DNA from: Alphaproteobacteria bacterium
GTDB taxonomy: Bacteria > Pseudomonadota > Alphaproteobacteria > SHVR01
Assembly: GCA_009694185.1 (NCBI GenBank)
Contig: SHVR01000011.1
Span: 216 to 64,215 of the forward strand
Reading direction: 5' to 3'
DNA: 64,000 bases
The notes beneath the pieces are model-generated. The model did not search any database and had not been told where the DNA came from. It worked only from the letters and a program-made list of their open reading frames with translations. The position numbers and the translations under genes are program-made. Below are positions 29,222 through 38,771 of the stretch, one piece after another (positions within the stretch are counted from its first letter, which is position 1; each line of letters starts with the position of its first letter).

Positions 29222-30244
29222 ATGCTTGCCATCGCGGACGCGCCGATCGCCGAGCCCTCAGCTTGGCTTGCACCGGAGATGGCCCGCGACAAGTCCTGGA
29301 TCTGGACGATCCCGGAGGCGGGCGTCAAGGAGTTGGAGGCCGCCATGGGCGCCCTCAAGGCACGCGGTCTCTCGCCCGAACTAACCGGCCGGGCGGATTT
29401 TCCGCTGCCCTCGATGGCCGGCGACTTGCGGCGCCTCGCCGAGGCCATCGAGGATGGTCGCGGCTTCCAAGTCATTCGCGGCATCCCCGTCGACCGCTAC
29501 AGCGATGCGGAACTCAGGCTGCTCTATTGGGGTCTTGGCCTCTATTTCGGCACACCCGTCGTGCAGACCAAGGACGATGACTGGTTCATCGACGTGCGCG
29601 ACGAGAGCAAGGCTTACGACAAGAATACCCGCGGCTATCACAGCCGCGATCGGTTGCGCTTTCATTCCGACGGCGCCAACATCGTCTCGCTGCTCTGTAT
29701 CAACAAGGCCAAAGAGGGCGGCTTGAGCTCGATCGCCTGCTCGGCGGCCATCTACAATGAAGTGCTGGCGAACCATCCCGATATCCTGCCGATCCTCTAT
29801 AAGGGCTTCCCGCATGATCGGCGTGGCGCCGAGCCCGAAGGCGAGCCCCGGCTCTCGCCCTGGAAACTGCCGATCTTTTCCTTCCCCAATGGCCGTTTCG
29901 CCTGCGTCTATGATCGGGGCTCGGCCGAGTGGGGGTGCGAGCGCTGGGGACGACCCATGGCGGCGGCGGAGCGCGCCGCCTTCGACACCATGGACGGGTT
30001 CGCCAACGACCCACGCTTCCGCGTTGACATGGATCTGGAGCCGGGCGATATCCAGCTCCTCAATAATTTCCTGATATTGCATTCGAGGACTGCCTTCCTC
30101 GACCATGACGACCCGGCGCGCCGCCGGCACCTGTTGCGTCTCTGGATCACCGTGCCGGAGAGTAGGCGCAGCGCGCTCAACAAGCTGCACCTCTATACGC
30201 GGGCGCCCATTCCGACCGACATTCCCATCGAGCGCGTCGCTTAG
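29222..30244 (+). CDS. TauD/TfdA family Fe(II)/2-oxoglutarate dioxygenase
   Basis: FHSD HxD motif, LNNFLILHSRTAF and RHLLRLW. Confidence 0.88.
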   Translation: MLAIADAPIAEPSAWLAPEMARDKSWIWTIPEAGVKELEAAMGALKARGLSPELTGRADFPLPSMAGDLRRLAEAIEDGRGFQVIRGIPVDRYSDAELRLLYWGLGLYFGTPVVQTKDDDWFIDVRDESKAYDKNTRGYHSRDRLRFHSDGANIVSLLCINKAKEGGLSSIACSAAIYNEVLANHPDILPILYKGFPHDRRGAEPEGEPRLSPWKLPIFSFPNGRFACVYDRGSAEWGCERWGRPMAAAERAAFDTMDGFANDPRFRVDMDLEPGDIQLLNNFLILHSRTAFLDHDDPARRRHLLRLWITVPESRRSALNKLHLYTRAPIPTDIPIERVA

Positions 30245-30247
30245 GGA

Positions 30248-30814
30248 TTAGAGTCTCGTCGACAACCAGATCGCGAGGCGCGAGGCGCCCTTGACCGCCT
30301 CGGTCAAGAGGGCGTGGGCCGGTGCGTCGCTGGCGCCATGGGCAAGCGCCGTGTCGCGGTGCGCCAGCTCATCGGCGCGGCACTCGGCGATGGTCTGGCG
30401 CAACGCCGCCTCGTCGTCGCCAAGCAGGGCGAGTTGCTCGCCATAATGGGCGTCGATCACTTCCTCGACGGCGACCGTGCAGGCCATGGCCGCGTGCTCG
30501 CCCATGAGCGCGGTTGCCGCACCCAGCGCATAGCCGGCCACATGCCAGAGGGGCGAAAGGAGGGTCGGGCGCACGCGCCGGTCGGCCGCCAGCCGGTCGA
30601 AGGTCTGGCGGTGCGCCTGCTCCTGCGCCGCCATATGGCGGATGATTCCGGCAGTAGCGCTTCGGCCGAGTACGGCAAGCTGGCCCTCATAGATGCGCAC
30701 CGCCCCCCGCTCGCCCGCCTGGTCGACACGGATCATGCCGTGGACGAGTGCGCGCGCCGTCGGGTCGCCGGGGAGACGCCCGGCGGCCGTCGCGCGTGCC
30801 ACGCTCTCGTTCAT
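30248..30814 (-). CDS. coq7: Demethoxyubiquinone hydroxylase (Coq7 di-iron)
   Basis: RVDQAGERGAVRIYEGQ, CTVAVEEVIDAHY and DELAHRD motifs. Confidence 0.92.
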   Translation of the reverse strand: MNESVARATAAGRLPGDPTARALVHGMIRVDQAGERGAVRIYEGQLAVLGRSATAGIIRHMAAQEQAHRQTFDRLAADRRVRPTLLSPLWHVAGYALGAATALMGEHAAMACTVAVEEVIDAHYGEQLALLGDDEAALRQTIAECRADELAHRDTALAHGASDAPAHALLTEAVKGASRLAIWLSTRL

Positions 30815-31308
30815 GCTTCTCTCCCGCGCCACAACCGAGCCGCGCCGATCGCGCCGAGCACGGCCAGCACCACGGACGCCAGAAAGTTATACCCGGCCAT
30901 GGAAACCCCGAACAGCGACCATGGCACGTCGTCGCAACGGGCGACCGGCCGGCCCATGATCTGGGCGCGTAATTCCTCGAGGGTGGCGGGTGTGCCGCCG
31001 CCAGCGCAGTGGGCGAGCCCCGGCCACCAATGCCGTTCGACGCCCACATGGAAGCCCGCGATACCGGTGCCCGCCAAGAGGACGAGGCCGGCCAAGCCCA
31101 GGGCGGCGGAAGCGAGCGCCGGCCGGCGGGCGCCAAGCACCCAGGCGAGGCACGCCAGCGGTGCCGCGAGCCCATGCGGATAACGCTGATAGAGGCAGAG
31201 TTCGCAGGGAGCCAGGCCGCCCGCATACTGAAAGAGCAGCGCCGCGCCAAGCAAGCCGAGGCTCGCCGCGCCGACAATGACGGCAATGATGCGCGCGTCC
31301 CGCCCCAT
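30811..31308 (-). CDS. dsbB: Disulfide bond formation protein B
   Basis: PCELCLYQR, HVGVE..WWPG..C and a second Cys in RCDD. Confidence 0.88.
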   Translation of the reverse strand: MGRDARIIAVIVGAASLGLLGAALLFQYAGGLAPCELCLYQRYPHGLAAPLACLAWVLGARRPALASAALGLAGLVLLAGTGIAGFHVGVERHWWPGLAHCAGGGTPATLEELRAQIMGRPVARCDDVPWSLFGVSMAGYNFLASVVLAVLGAIGAARLWRGREA

Positions 31309-31340
31309 GGCATCGGTATAGCGCGGGCGGGCGGGCGCCG

Positions 31341-31946
31341 CTACAGCCAGCGGAGCACGACGAAGCCGCCCACCAGGGCCACCAGAAAAGCGGTCGCGAC
31401 CCAGGTCATATAGCTTTTGATGAAATGGCGGATCGAGGGGCCAAAATATTTGAGCAACGCCGCCACCAGGAAAAACCGCCCGCCACGGGTTGCAATCGAA
31501 GCCAGGCTGAACGCTAGCAGGTCGAATTTGGCGACGCCGGCCGCGATGGTCACGAGCTTATAGGGAATGGGCGTCAACCCCTTCACCAGGATGACCCAGG
31601 TACCCCACTCGTCGAATTCCAGCTGGAAGCGGAGGAACGCCGCCTGATAGCCGTAACTCTCGACGATCAGCCGGCCGACGGTCTCGTAGAGGAAAAATCC
31701 AAGGGCGTAACCGGCAAAGCCGCCGAGCACCGAGGTGACGGTACAAACGAGCGCGATACGCCAGGCGCGGTCGGGCCGGGCAAGCACCATGGGCACCAGC
31801 ATCGCGTCGGGCGGAATCGGGAAGATCGAGCTTTCCAGGAAGCTGACGGTGCCGAGCGCCGCCAAGGCATGGCGATGGCCGGCGAGGCCCAAGGTCCAGT
31901 CGTACAGTCGTCGCAGCACGAGCCCCCGCCATCCGCCCCGGGACAT
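31341..31946 (-). CDS. YqaA/DedA family membrane protein
   Basis: LRRLYDW, ESSIFPIPPD and TPIPYK motifs; alternative GTG start at 31919. Confidence 0.88.
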   Translation of the reverse strand: MSRGGWRGLVLRRLYDWTLGLAGHRHALAALGTVSFLESSIFPIPPDAMLVPMVLARPDRAWRIALVCTVTSVLGGFAGYALGFFLYETVGRLIVESYGYQAAFLRFQLEFDEWGTWVILVKGLTPIPYKLVTIAAGVAKFDLLAFSLASIATRGGRFFLVAALLKYFGPSIRHFIKSYMTWVATAFLVALVGGFVVLRWL

Positions 31947-31951
31947 GCCGA

Positions 31952-33355
31952 TCAGCAGAGCCGATTGACGCCGTCGAAGGCGGCAGTCTTATAGCATTCG
32001 GCGAGGGTCGGATAGTTGAAGACCGTGTTGACGAAATAGTCGATCTTGCCACCCAGCGCCAGCACCGCCTGGCCGATATGCACCAGCTCGCTCGCCCCTT
32101 CGCCGAGGATGCTGACACCCAAGAGCTCGCGAGTTTCCATGTGGAAGATAAGCTTCAAGAGCCCGGTGGAATCGCCCAGGATCTGGCCGCGCGCGATCTC
32201 ACGGTAGGCGGCCTTGCCGACCTCGTAGGGGATGCCGGCCTCGGTCAGCTCTTCTTCGCTGCGGCCGACGAACGAGATCTCGGGAATGGTGTAAATGCCA
32301 TAGGGAAAAAGCGCCGGGCTGCTATTGGTCTTGACGCCGAAGGCATGGCAGGCCGCGAGCCGCCCCTGTTCCATGGATGTCGAGGCAAGGCTTGGGAAGC
32401 CGACCACGTCGCCGACCGCGTAAATGTGCGGCACGCTGGTCTGGTAGTGCTCGTTGACATCGATGCCGCCGCGATTGTTGACGGCAACGCCAGCCGCGCC
32501 CAGGTCGAGCCACTCGGTGGCGCCGGTTCGGCCGGTGCAGCAGAGCACCGCGCCCATCATGATATGTTTGCCGCTCGCCAGCTTGACGCGCACGCGCTCA
32601 CCCTGATCCGTATCCAGGAGCTCGATCGAGGCCACTTCCTCGCCGAGACGGAGCGTCACGCGGTTCTGGCGCATATGGTAGGCCAGCGCATCGGTGATCT
32701 CGCCGTCGACGAAGGGCAGCAGGCGCGTCCGTTTGTCGATCACGGTGACGCGCACGCCGAGCGAAGCGAAGATGGTGGCATATTCGCAGCCGATGACGCC
32801 CGCGCCGATCACGGCAAGCGTGCGCGGCAGCGTGTCGAGCGCCAGGATGTCGTCGCTGGTGAAGACGCGCTGGCGGTCGAAGGGGATGCCGCTCGGACAG
32901 TACGGCACCGTGCCGACCGAAATGACGGTACGATCCGTGGTCACTTCGCGAACGCCGCTGCCGTCGCTGAAGTCGAGGCGAACGGTATGGGGACCGGCGA
33001 AGGCCGCGCGCGCCGTTAGGAGGTCGACCTTGTTGCGCTGCAACTGATGGCGCGTCACGTCGATTTCGTTCTTGATGACGTAATCGGTGCGGTAATGCAG
33101 GTCCGCCATGGTGATCTTCTCTTTCACCGTGTAGGACGCGCCATAGACGCCTCGCTCCCGATAACCGGACAGATAAAGCGCCGCCTCGCGCAACGTCTTG
33201 CTGGGGATCGTGCCGGTGTTGATGCAGGCGCCGCCAACCACCGCCTTCTGCTCCGCGACGGCCACGCGTTTGCCGAGTTTCGCGGCCTGAATGGCCGCGC
33301 GTTGGCCGGCGGGTCCGGAACCGATCACGAACAGGTCGTAATCGTAGTCCGTCAT
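31952..33355 (-). CDS. sthA: Soluble pyridine nucleotide transhydrogenase
   Basis: IGSGPAG, GGACINTGTIPSKTLRE, LASTSMEQGR and FNYPTLAECYK. Confidence 0.93.
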   Translation of the reverse strand: MTDYDYDLFVIGSGPAGQRAAIQAAKLGKRVAVAEQKAVVGGACINTGTIPSKTLREAALYLSGYRERGVYGASYTVKEKITMADLHYRTDYVIKNEIDVTRHQLQRNKVDLLTARAAFAGPHTVRLDFSDGSGVREVTTDRTVISVGTVPYCPSGIPFDRQRVFTSDDILALDTLPRTLAVIGAGVIGCEYATIFASLGVRVTVIDKRTRLLPFVDGEITDALAYHMRQNRVTLRLGEEVASIELLDTDQGERVRVKLASGKHIMMGAVLCCTGRTGATEWLDLGAAGVAVNNRGGIDVNEHYQTSVPHIYAVGDVVGFPSLASTSMEQGRLAACHAFGVKTNSSPALFPYGIYTIPEISFVGRSEEELTEAGIPYEVGKAAYREIARGQILGDSTGLLKLIFHMETRELLGVSILGEGASELVHIGQAVLALGGKIDYFVNTVFNYPTLAECYKTAAFDGVNRLC

Positions 33356-33471
33356 TGTGGTCTCCAATTGCCTGCGCCTTGATCTGTGTCGACGCCGGAA
33401 GCCTAGCCCTCGGTGATTGCGAAAGAATTAACTTGAACGGCGGGCGGCCCGTTTATCATTGCCGGGTGAAC

Positions 33472-34962
33472 ATGAAGGTTGGTGCCTTGGCGCGACCCAA
33501 ATTCCTGGTGACCGTCTTCGATAGCCTGCGCCCGGACATGATCGGGCCGGAACTGATGCCGACGCTCGCGGCGTTCCTGGGCACGGGCTGCCGCTATCCT
33601 TCGGCACGCGCCGTTTTTCCCTCGGAGACCCGGGTCAACACCGCCACTATCGCCACGGGCGCCCATCCGGGCGGCCATGGCATCGTCGCCAACGTCTATC
33701 ACGACCCCGCCCTTCCAGACGGGCTGCCATTCAATACCGCCAAGGCCGATCGGCTCGCCGCCGCGCTCAAGGCCCATGGCCCGAACCTGGTATCGGTGCC
33801 GGCGCTCGGCGACCTGTTGGCGGGGTCGGGCCTTACCTTCGCGGCGATCAGCGCGGGTTCGCCCGGCAATGCCCGCTTCATCAACCCTCGGGCCGAGGCG
33901 CTCGGCCAGGCGACCTACTCGGTGCATGGCGCGGGCGCGTCGAGCCCCGCAGCCCGGTATGACGACGTTGTGGCACGGTTCGGCCCACCACCCGCCGCCG
34001 CCATCCCGAACCTGGCGCGTTGCCGTTATGCGACCGACGTGCTGCTCGGCACCATCCTCAAGGAGCCCCTGCCCGATGTTGCGCTGATCTGGTACTCCGA
34101 GCCCGACATCAGCTACCACTATCGGGGCGTCGGTTCGCCGGAAAGCCAGGCCGCCATTACCGGCGTCGACCGGGAGCTCGCCCGCATCCTGGATTGGTGG
34201 CGCGCCTCGCCCGAGCATGACCGTATCCAGATCGCCGTGCTGTCGGACCATGGCCAGGTGATGGCGCGCGAGCGTCTCGACGTGGTGGCGGCCATGCGCC
34301 AGGCGGGTTTCCGGGTGGGCGAGCGGCTCGAGCCCGATGTCGACTATGTGTGCGTGGCCGCCTCAAGCGGCAATGTGTTCGTGCGCGATGGCGCCCCCCG
34401 GCGCATCGCTCGCCTGGTTTACTGGCTCCAGGAGCGCCCTTGGTGCGGCCTCTTGTTCACAGCCGGCCGGAACGCGGTCGAGGGCGCGGTGCCGGGCAGC
34501 TTTGCCCATCGTTTGGTGCGGGCGACCCACGGCCGCGCGCCACATATTTTCTACACGCTGGCGGCGGACGATGCGGTCAATCCCTTTGGTCTCGATGGGA
34601 CTTGCTTCTACTGGGCCGGCGACGTGCCCGAGGGCGGCGGCGTGCATGGCGGCTTGCACCGGCGCGAGCTGGCGGTGCTGATGGGGTTCGCGGGCTCCGG
34701 CTTCCATGTGGGCGCCGAACCGCCGGCACCCGCCGGCCTCGCCGATGTGGCACCCATGATCCTGCATGCTCTCGGCCTTGCCATCCCCGCTTCGATGACC
34801 GGCCGGGTGCTGAGGGAGGCATTTGTCGGCGGCAGCCAAGCTTCGGATATTTCGGCCGCGACACTCGAGGCCAGTCATGGCGCCTATTGCCAGAGCCTCG
34901 CGACCAGTGCCGTGGCCGGGCAGATCTATCTCGACGGCGGCACGCGTTCGCCTACAAAGTGA
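33472..34962 (+). CDS. Alkaline phosphatase superfamily (NPP/phosphonoacetate hydrolase-like) protein
   Basis: FDSLRPD, FPSETRVN (Thr nucleophile), EPDISYH, SDHG and HGG metal ligands. Confidence 0.82.
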   Translation: MKVGALARPKFLVTVFDSLRPDMIGPELMPTLAAFLGTGCRYPSARAVFPSETRVNTATIATGAHPGGHGIVANVYHDPALPDGLPFNTAKADRLAAALKAHGPNLVSVPALGDLLAGSGLTFAAISAGSPGNARFINPRAEALGQATYSVHGAGASSPAARYDDVVARFGPPPAAAIPNLARCRYATDVLLGTILKEPLPDVALIWYSEPDISYHYRGVGSPESQAAITGVDRELARILDWWRASPEHDRIQIAVLSDHGQVMARERLDVVAAMRQAGFRVGERLEPDVDYVCVAASSGNVFVRDGAPRRIARLVYWLQERPWCGLLFTAGRNAVEGAVPGSFAHRLVRATHGRAPHIFYTLAADDAVNPFGLDGTCFYWAGDVPEGGGVHGGLHRRELAVLMGFAGSGFHVGAEPPAPAGLADVAPMILHALGLAIPASMTGRVLREAFVGGSQASDISAATLEASHGAYCQSLATSAVAGQIYLDGGTRSPTK

Positions 34963-35734
34963 AGGTCGCGGTCTGGTCCATAAAGTCGTGAAAATGGACG
35001 ACGGTGCTGTCCTGATCCACCAGGACCACCGAATAACCGGCGGGCTCCAGGCTGCCCGGAACCTTGTCCACGATCTCCAAGTCGAGGGCGACCTGGTGGC
35101 TCGGCCCACGCACGCAACTGAACGGGATGCCGCGCCAGCTTCCGGCGAGCGGGCGATGCAGATGGCCGAAAAACATGTGCCGGATATTGTCATACGGGGC
35201 GAGCAGGGCCGCGAATTTCTCCGGTTCCTGCAAGGCCGACTGGTCCATGCGCTTGATGCCGACCGGCATCGGCGGATGATGCAGGAAGAGCAAGATGGGC
35301 ATGTGCCCGGCCTCGGCGAGCCTGGCCGCCAGCCAGCCTCGCCTCGCCTCGCATAGGCGGCCATGGGGGAAGCCCTTGTCGTGACTATCGAGCAGGATGC
35401 AACGGAACCCGTCCCGGTCGAAGACCGACTGAACGAAGCCGTTCTCATCCACCACCTGGCCGGGAAAAGCCTGGCGGAAATTGTCGCGGTCGTCGTGATT
35501 GCCGAGCATCAGCCGCCACGGCATGCGCAAGGCGCCAATCGCATCGCCGAAGGCGCGGAAGGCTTCCGGCGTACCGCGATGGGTGATGTCGCCCGTCACG
35601 ATGCAGAAGGCCGCATCGGCGTGGCGCGCATTGACGTCGGCGACGCACGCCTGCAACCGCGCCAGGGGATCGAGGCCGTAGAGCCGGGCACCCGGCTCGA
35701 TCAGATGGCTGTCGGTGATCTGGATGAACTTCAT
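34952..35734 (-). CDS. Calcineurin-like class III phosphodiesterase (CpdA/GpdQ-like)
   Basis: DSH, TGDITH, GNHD, HHPP and GHLH motifs; ATG overlaps the phnF stop. Confidence 0.88.
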   Translation of the reverse strand: MKFIQITDSHLIEPGARLYGLDPLARLQACVADVNARHADAAFCIVTGDITHRGTPEAFRAFGDAIGALRMPWRLMLGNHDDRDNFRQAFPGQVVDENGFVQSVFDRDGFRCILLDSHDKGFPHGRLCEARRGWLAARLAEAGHMPILLFLHHPPMPVGIKRMDQSALQEPEKFAALLAPYDNIRHMFFGHLHRPLAGSWRGIPFSCVRGPSHQVALDLEIVDKVPGSLEPAGYSVVLVDQDSTVVHFHDFMDQTATFTL

Positions 35735-36468
35735 GACCCCTCCTCGACAACAAGCTGGACCCGGTCGCCGGCGAACCGCGCCACGCCATATTCGATGGGC
35801 GCTCCGGCGGCGTCGACATTGACCGCCTCGGTCACCAGCACCGGCCGATTGGCCGGCTGTTGCAGGATGCGCGCCTCGTCGGCCGATGGCATGCGCACCG
35901 TAATACGCGTGAGCTTCCGCGTGTAGTCGGGGACGCCACAGGCGGCAAGCGCGCGGCTGATGGAGCGGCTCGCCTCGTAAGCCCGGATCAGACCCAGAAA
36001 ACGCGCCGCCGGAAAATGATGGGCGCCAAGGCCGAGCGGCCTGCCGTCCGCCTCGCCCAGCGTCTCCAGCATGACGACCGGCGCGTTGGCTGCGATCGCT
36101 AGGGCCTCCGCCACCTCGGGACTTGCCGGCAGAGTCAAGGCGCGCAACAGCCGATCGCCCGGTGCCCGCTCGGCCCGCGCCACATTCTCGCTGAAGCGGG
36201 TGCGCCGGCCGAGCGGGTAATCCACCATATGCTCTTGAACGAAGGTGCCGCGACCCTGCTCGACCCTGAGCAGGCCGCGCTCGGCGAGGCCCGCCATGGC
36301 GCGGCGAATGGTGTGCCGGTTGACGGAAAACCGTGTTGCTAAAGCCACTTCCGTCGGCAGGCGTGCGCCGGGTGGGTGTGCTCCCTGGGCGATCTCATCT
36401 TCGAGCACGGCCTCGATCTGGCGCCAGAGGGTGAAGCCGGCGCCGCGCTCCAGATTTAATCCAGCCAC
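35731..36468 (-). CDS. phnF: Phosphonate metabolism regulator PhnF (GntR/HutC)
   Basis: LPTE..LA.RF.VNRHTIRRA, EQGRGTFV, RTRFSEN and a UTRA domain; divergent from phnG. Confidence 0.92.
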   Translation of the reverse strand: MAGLNLERGAGFTLWRQIEAVLEDEIAQGAHPPGARLPTEVALATRFSVNRHTIRRAMAGLAERGLLRVEQGRGTFVQEHMVDYPLGRRTRFSENVARAERAPGDRLLRALTLPASPEVAEALAIAANAPVVMLETLGEADGRPLGLGAHHFPAARFLGLIRAYEASRSISRALAACGVPDYTRKLTRITVRMPSADEARILQQPANRPVLVTEAVNVDAAGAPIEYGVARFAGDRVQLVVEEGS

Positions 36469-36570
36469 CGTGTCAGACCTTCCCCGCGGCTCCGCGCCGT
36501 CACAAGCATGTCGCCCAAGCCTGCTTTACTTTTCGGCCGAGCTTCGGCACTCTATCGGATTAGATATCCG

Positions 36571-36602
36571 GATGTATAGATGAATTCGAGCTTTTGTCTA
36601 GG
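36571..36602. promoter_or_regulatory. Candidate PhnF (HutC-type) operator half-sites
   Basis: ATGTATAGAT and TTGTCTAGG resemble HutC-family TGTmTAkACA boxes, located between phnF and phnG. Confidence 0.4.
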
Positions 36603-36610
36603 GGGTATTC

Positions 36611-37090
36611 GTGACCATCGAGCAATCGAACGGCAATTCGGCCGCCGCCGAGACGGTCCTGCGGCAGCACTGGATATCCGTTCTTGCCAAAGCCAATGGG
36701 CGGGCGTTGGAATTGGCCTATGGGGACCTGGCCGAGCCACCGAGCCATGAACGCCTCAGAGGCCCCGAGACTGGCATGGTGATGGTGCGCGGCCGGGCCG
36801 GCGGCAGCGGCGACCCATTCAATCTCGGCGAGATGACCGTGACCCGCTGTACCGTTCGCCTGGCCGATGGGCAGGTGGGACATGGCTATGTCGCGGGTCG
36901 CGACAAGCGCCATGCCGAGTTGGCGGCACTCTTCGACGCCCTGCTCCAGGACCCGGCTAGGCGGCCGAGCCTGACGCGGAGCCTGATCGAGCCGCTGCTC
37001 GCGACCCAAGCGGCCATTCTGGCCGAACGCGCCCGCAAGGCGGCCGCCACGAAGGTCGAATTCTTCACCATGGTCCGGGGCGAGAGCTGA
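36611..37090 (+). CDS. phnG: C-P lyase subunit PhnG
   Basis: RGPETGMVMVRGR, FNLGEMTVTRC and TKVEFFTMVRGE. Confidence 0.95.
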   Translation: MTIEQSNGNSAAAETVLRQHWISVLAKANGRALELAYGDLAEPPSHERLRGPETGMVMVRGRAGGSGDPFNLGEMTVTRCTVRLADGQVGHGYVAGRDKRHAELAALFDALLQDPARRPSLTRSLIEPLLATQAAILAERARKAAATKVEFFTMVRGES

Positions 37091-37091
37091 C

Positions 37092-37679
37092 ATGGCGGTG
37101 ACCGGTCCGAGGCCGGGCTTTACAGCCCCCGTTCTTGCCTGCCAGCAGACATTTCGGAGCCTGCTGACGGCCATCGCCCATCCGGGCCGGGTCATGGCGG
37201 TGGGGACGCCGCTCGATCCGCCTCTGCCGCTCGGGCTGGCAAGCGCCGCCATCCTGCTCACCCTCGCCGACATGGAAACGCCGATCTGGCTCGGGGGCGC
37301 GGGTGAGGAAGCCGCCCAATTCCTCCAATTCCATTCGGGCGCGCCCATTGCGAAGGAGCGTGCCCAGGCGGTCTTTGCCTTTGTCGCACGCGCCTCGGAC
37401 CTGCCGCCGCTCGTGCATTTCAACGCTGGCAGCGACGCCAGCCCCGAGCGGTCGGCGACGCTCATCATCGAGGTGGACGGTCTCGTCGCCGGCCAAGGCC
37501 GGCGGCTCGCCGGACCCGGCATAGAGGGCGAGACGCGCCTTGATGTGGCGGGTCTCGATGGCGGCTTCTGGGACGCCTGGCGCCGAAACGGTGCGCGCTT
37601 TCCCATGGGCGTCGATGTGATCTTCACCGCCGGCGACCGGCTGGCGGCCTTGCCGCGCACGACGATCGAGAGGAGTTGA
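37092..37679 (+). CDS. phnH: C-P lyase subunit PhnH
   Basis: QQTFR, LTLAD.ETP, PERSATLII, GPGI and FPMGVD. Confidence 0.95.
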   Translation: MAVTGPRPGFTAPVLACQQTFRSLLTAIAHPGRVMAVGTPLDPPLPLGLASAAILLTLADMETPIWLGGAGEEAAQFLQFHSGAPIAKERAQAVFAFVARASDLPPLVHFNAGSDASPERSATLIIEVDGLVAGQGRRLAGPGIEGETRLDVAGLDGGFWDAWRRNGARFPMGVDVIFTAGDRLAALPRTTIERS

Positions 37680-37682
37680 GCC

Positions 37683-38771
37683 ATGTATGTCGCGGTCAAG
37701 GGCGGCGAGCGCGCCATCCTGAACAGCCACAAGCTCCTCGACGAAGAGCGGCGCGGCGATCCCAGGGTCCCCACCCTCGGCCTCAATCAGATCGAACAGC
37801 AGCTCGGCCGCGCCGTCGACCGGGTCATGACCGAGGGCGCGCTCTACGACCGGCACTTGGCGGCGCTTGCCATCAAGCAGGCCCAGGGCGATCTAGTCGA
37901 AGCGATCTTCCTGTTGCGCGCCTATCGCACGACCTTGCCGCGCTTCGGCTATGGCGTGGCCATCGACACCGCCGCCATGGCCATACGGCGGCGCATTTCG
38001 GCCACCTTCAAGGATTTGCCGGGCGGCCAGGTGCTGGGCGCCACCTTCGACTACACCCATCGCCTGCTGGATTTCAGCCTGGCGGGCGAGCATGACTCGC
38101 CGCCCGCCGCGGCCGTCGGACCGGCGCCCCTCGATGCGGCCATGCCGCGCGTCGTGGATTTGTTGAACCTGGAAGGGCTGATCGAAGAGGAGCGCCCCGA
38201 CCCCGCCAAGGATAGGGTCAGCGACCTGACGCGAGAGCCGCTCGGCTTTCCGGCCCCCCGCGACATGCGCCTCCAGAATCTGGCGCGCGGCGACGAGGGC
38301 TTCCTGCTCGGCCTCGGCTATTCCACCCAGCGCGGCTATGGCCGCAACCATCCCTTCGCCGGCGAAATCCGCGTGGGCGAAGTGGCCGTGGCCTTCGTGC
38401 CCGAGGAGCTTGGCTTTGCCATCGAGATCGGCGAGGTCACCCTGACCGAATGCCAGATGATCAACCAGTTCAAGGGCTCGAAAAGCCATCCGCCGCAATT
38501 CACCCGGGGATACGGTCTCGCCTTCGGGCACTCGGAACGCAAGACCATGGCCATGGCCCTCGTCGACCGGGCGCTGCGCGGCCAAGAACTCGGCGAAGAC
38601 GGAGAGGCACCCGCCCAGGACGCCGAATTCGTGCTCTATCATTCGGACAATGTGGAGGCATCGGGCTTCGTCCAGCATCTGAAGCTGCCGCATTATGTCG
38701 ACTTCCAGTCCGAGCTGGTGATGGTGCGCGCCATGCGCGCGGCGCAAGGGGAAGCGGCGGCCGATGACTGA
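37683..38771 (+). CDS. phnI: C-P lyase subunit PhnI
   Basis: MYVAVKGGE.AI, LRAYRTTLPR and HLKLPHYVDFQ. Confidence 0.96.
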   Translation: MYVAVKGGERAILNSHKLLDEERRGDPRVPTLGLNQIEQQLGRAVDRVMTEGALYDRHLAALAIKQAQGDLVEAIFLLRAYRTTLPRFGYGVAIDTAAMAIRRRISATFKDLPGGQVLGATFDYTHRLLDFSLAGEHDSPPAAAVGPAPLDAAMPRVVDLLNLEGLIEEERPDPAKDRVSDLTREPLGFPAPRDMRLQNLARGDEGFLLGLGYSTQRGYGRNHPFAGEIRVGEVAVAFVPEELGFAIEIGEVTLTECQMINQFKGSKSHPPQFTRGYGLAFGHSERKTMAMALVDRALRGQELGEDGEAPAQDAEFVLYHSDNVEASGFVQHLKLPHYVDFQSELVMVRAMRAAQGEAAADD

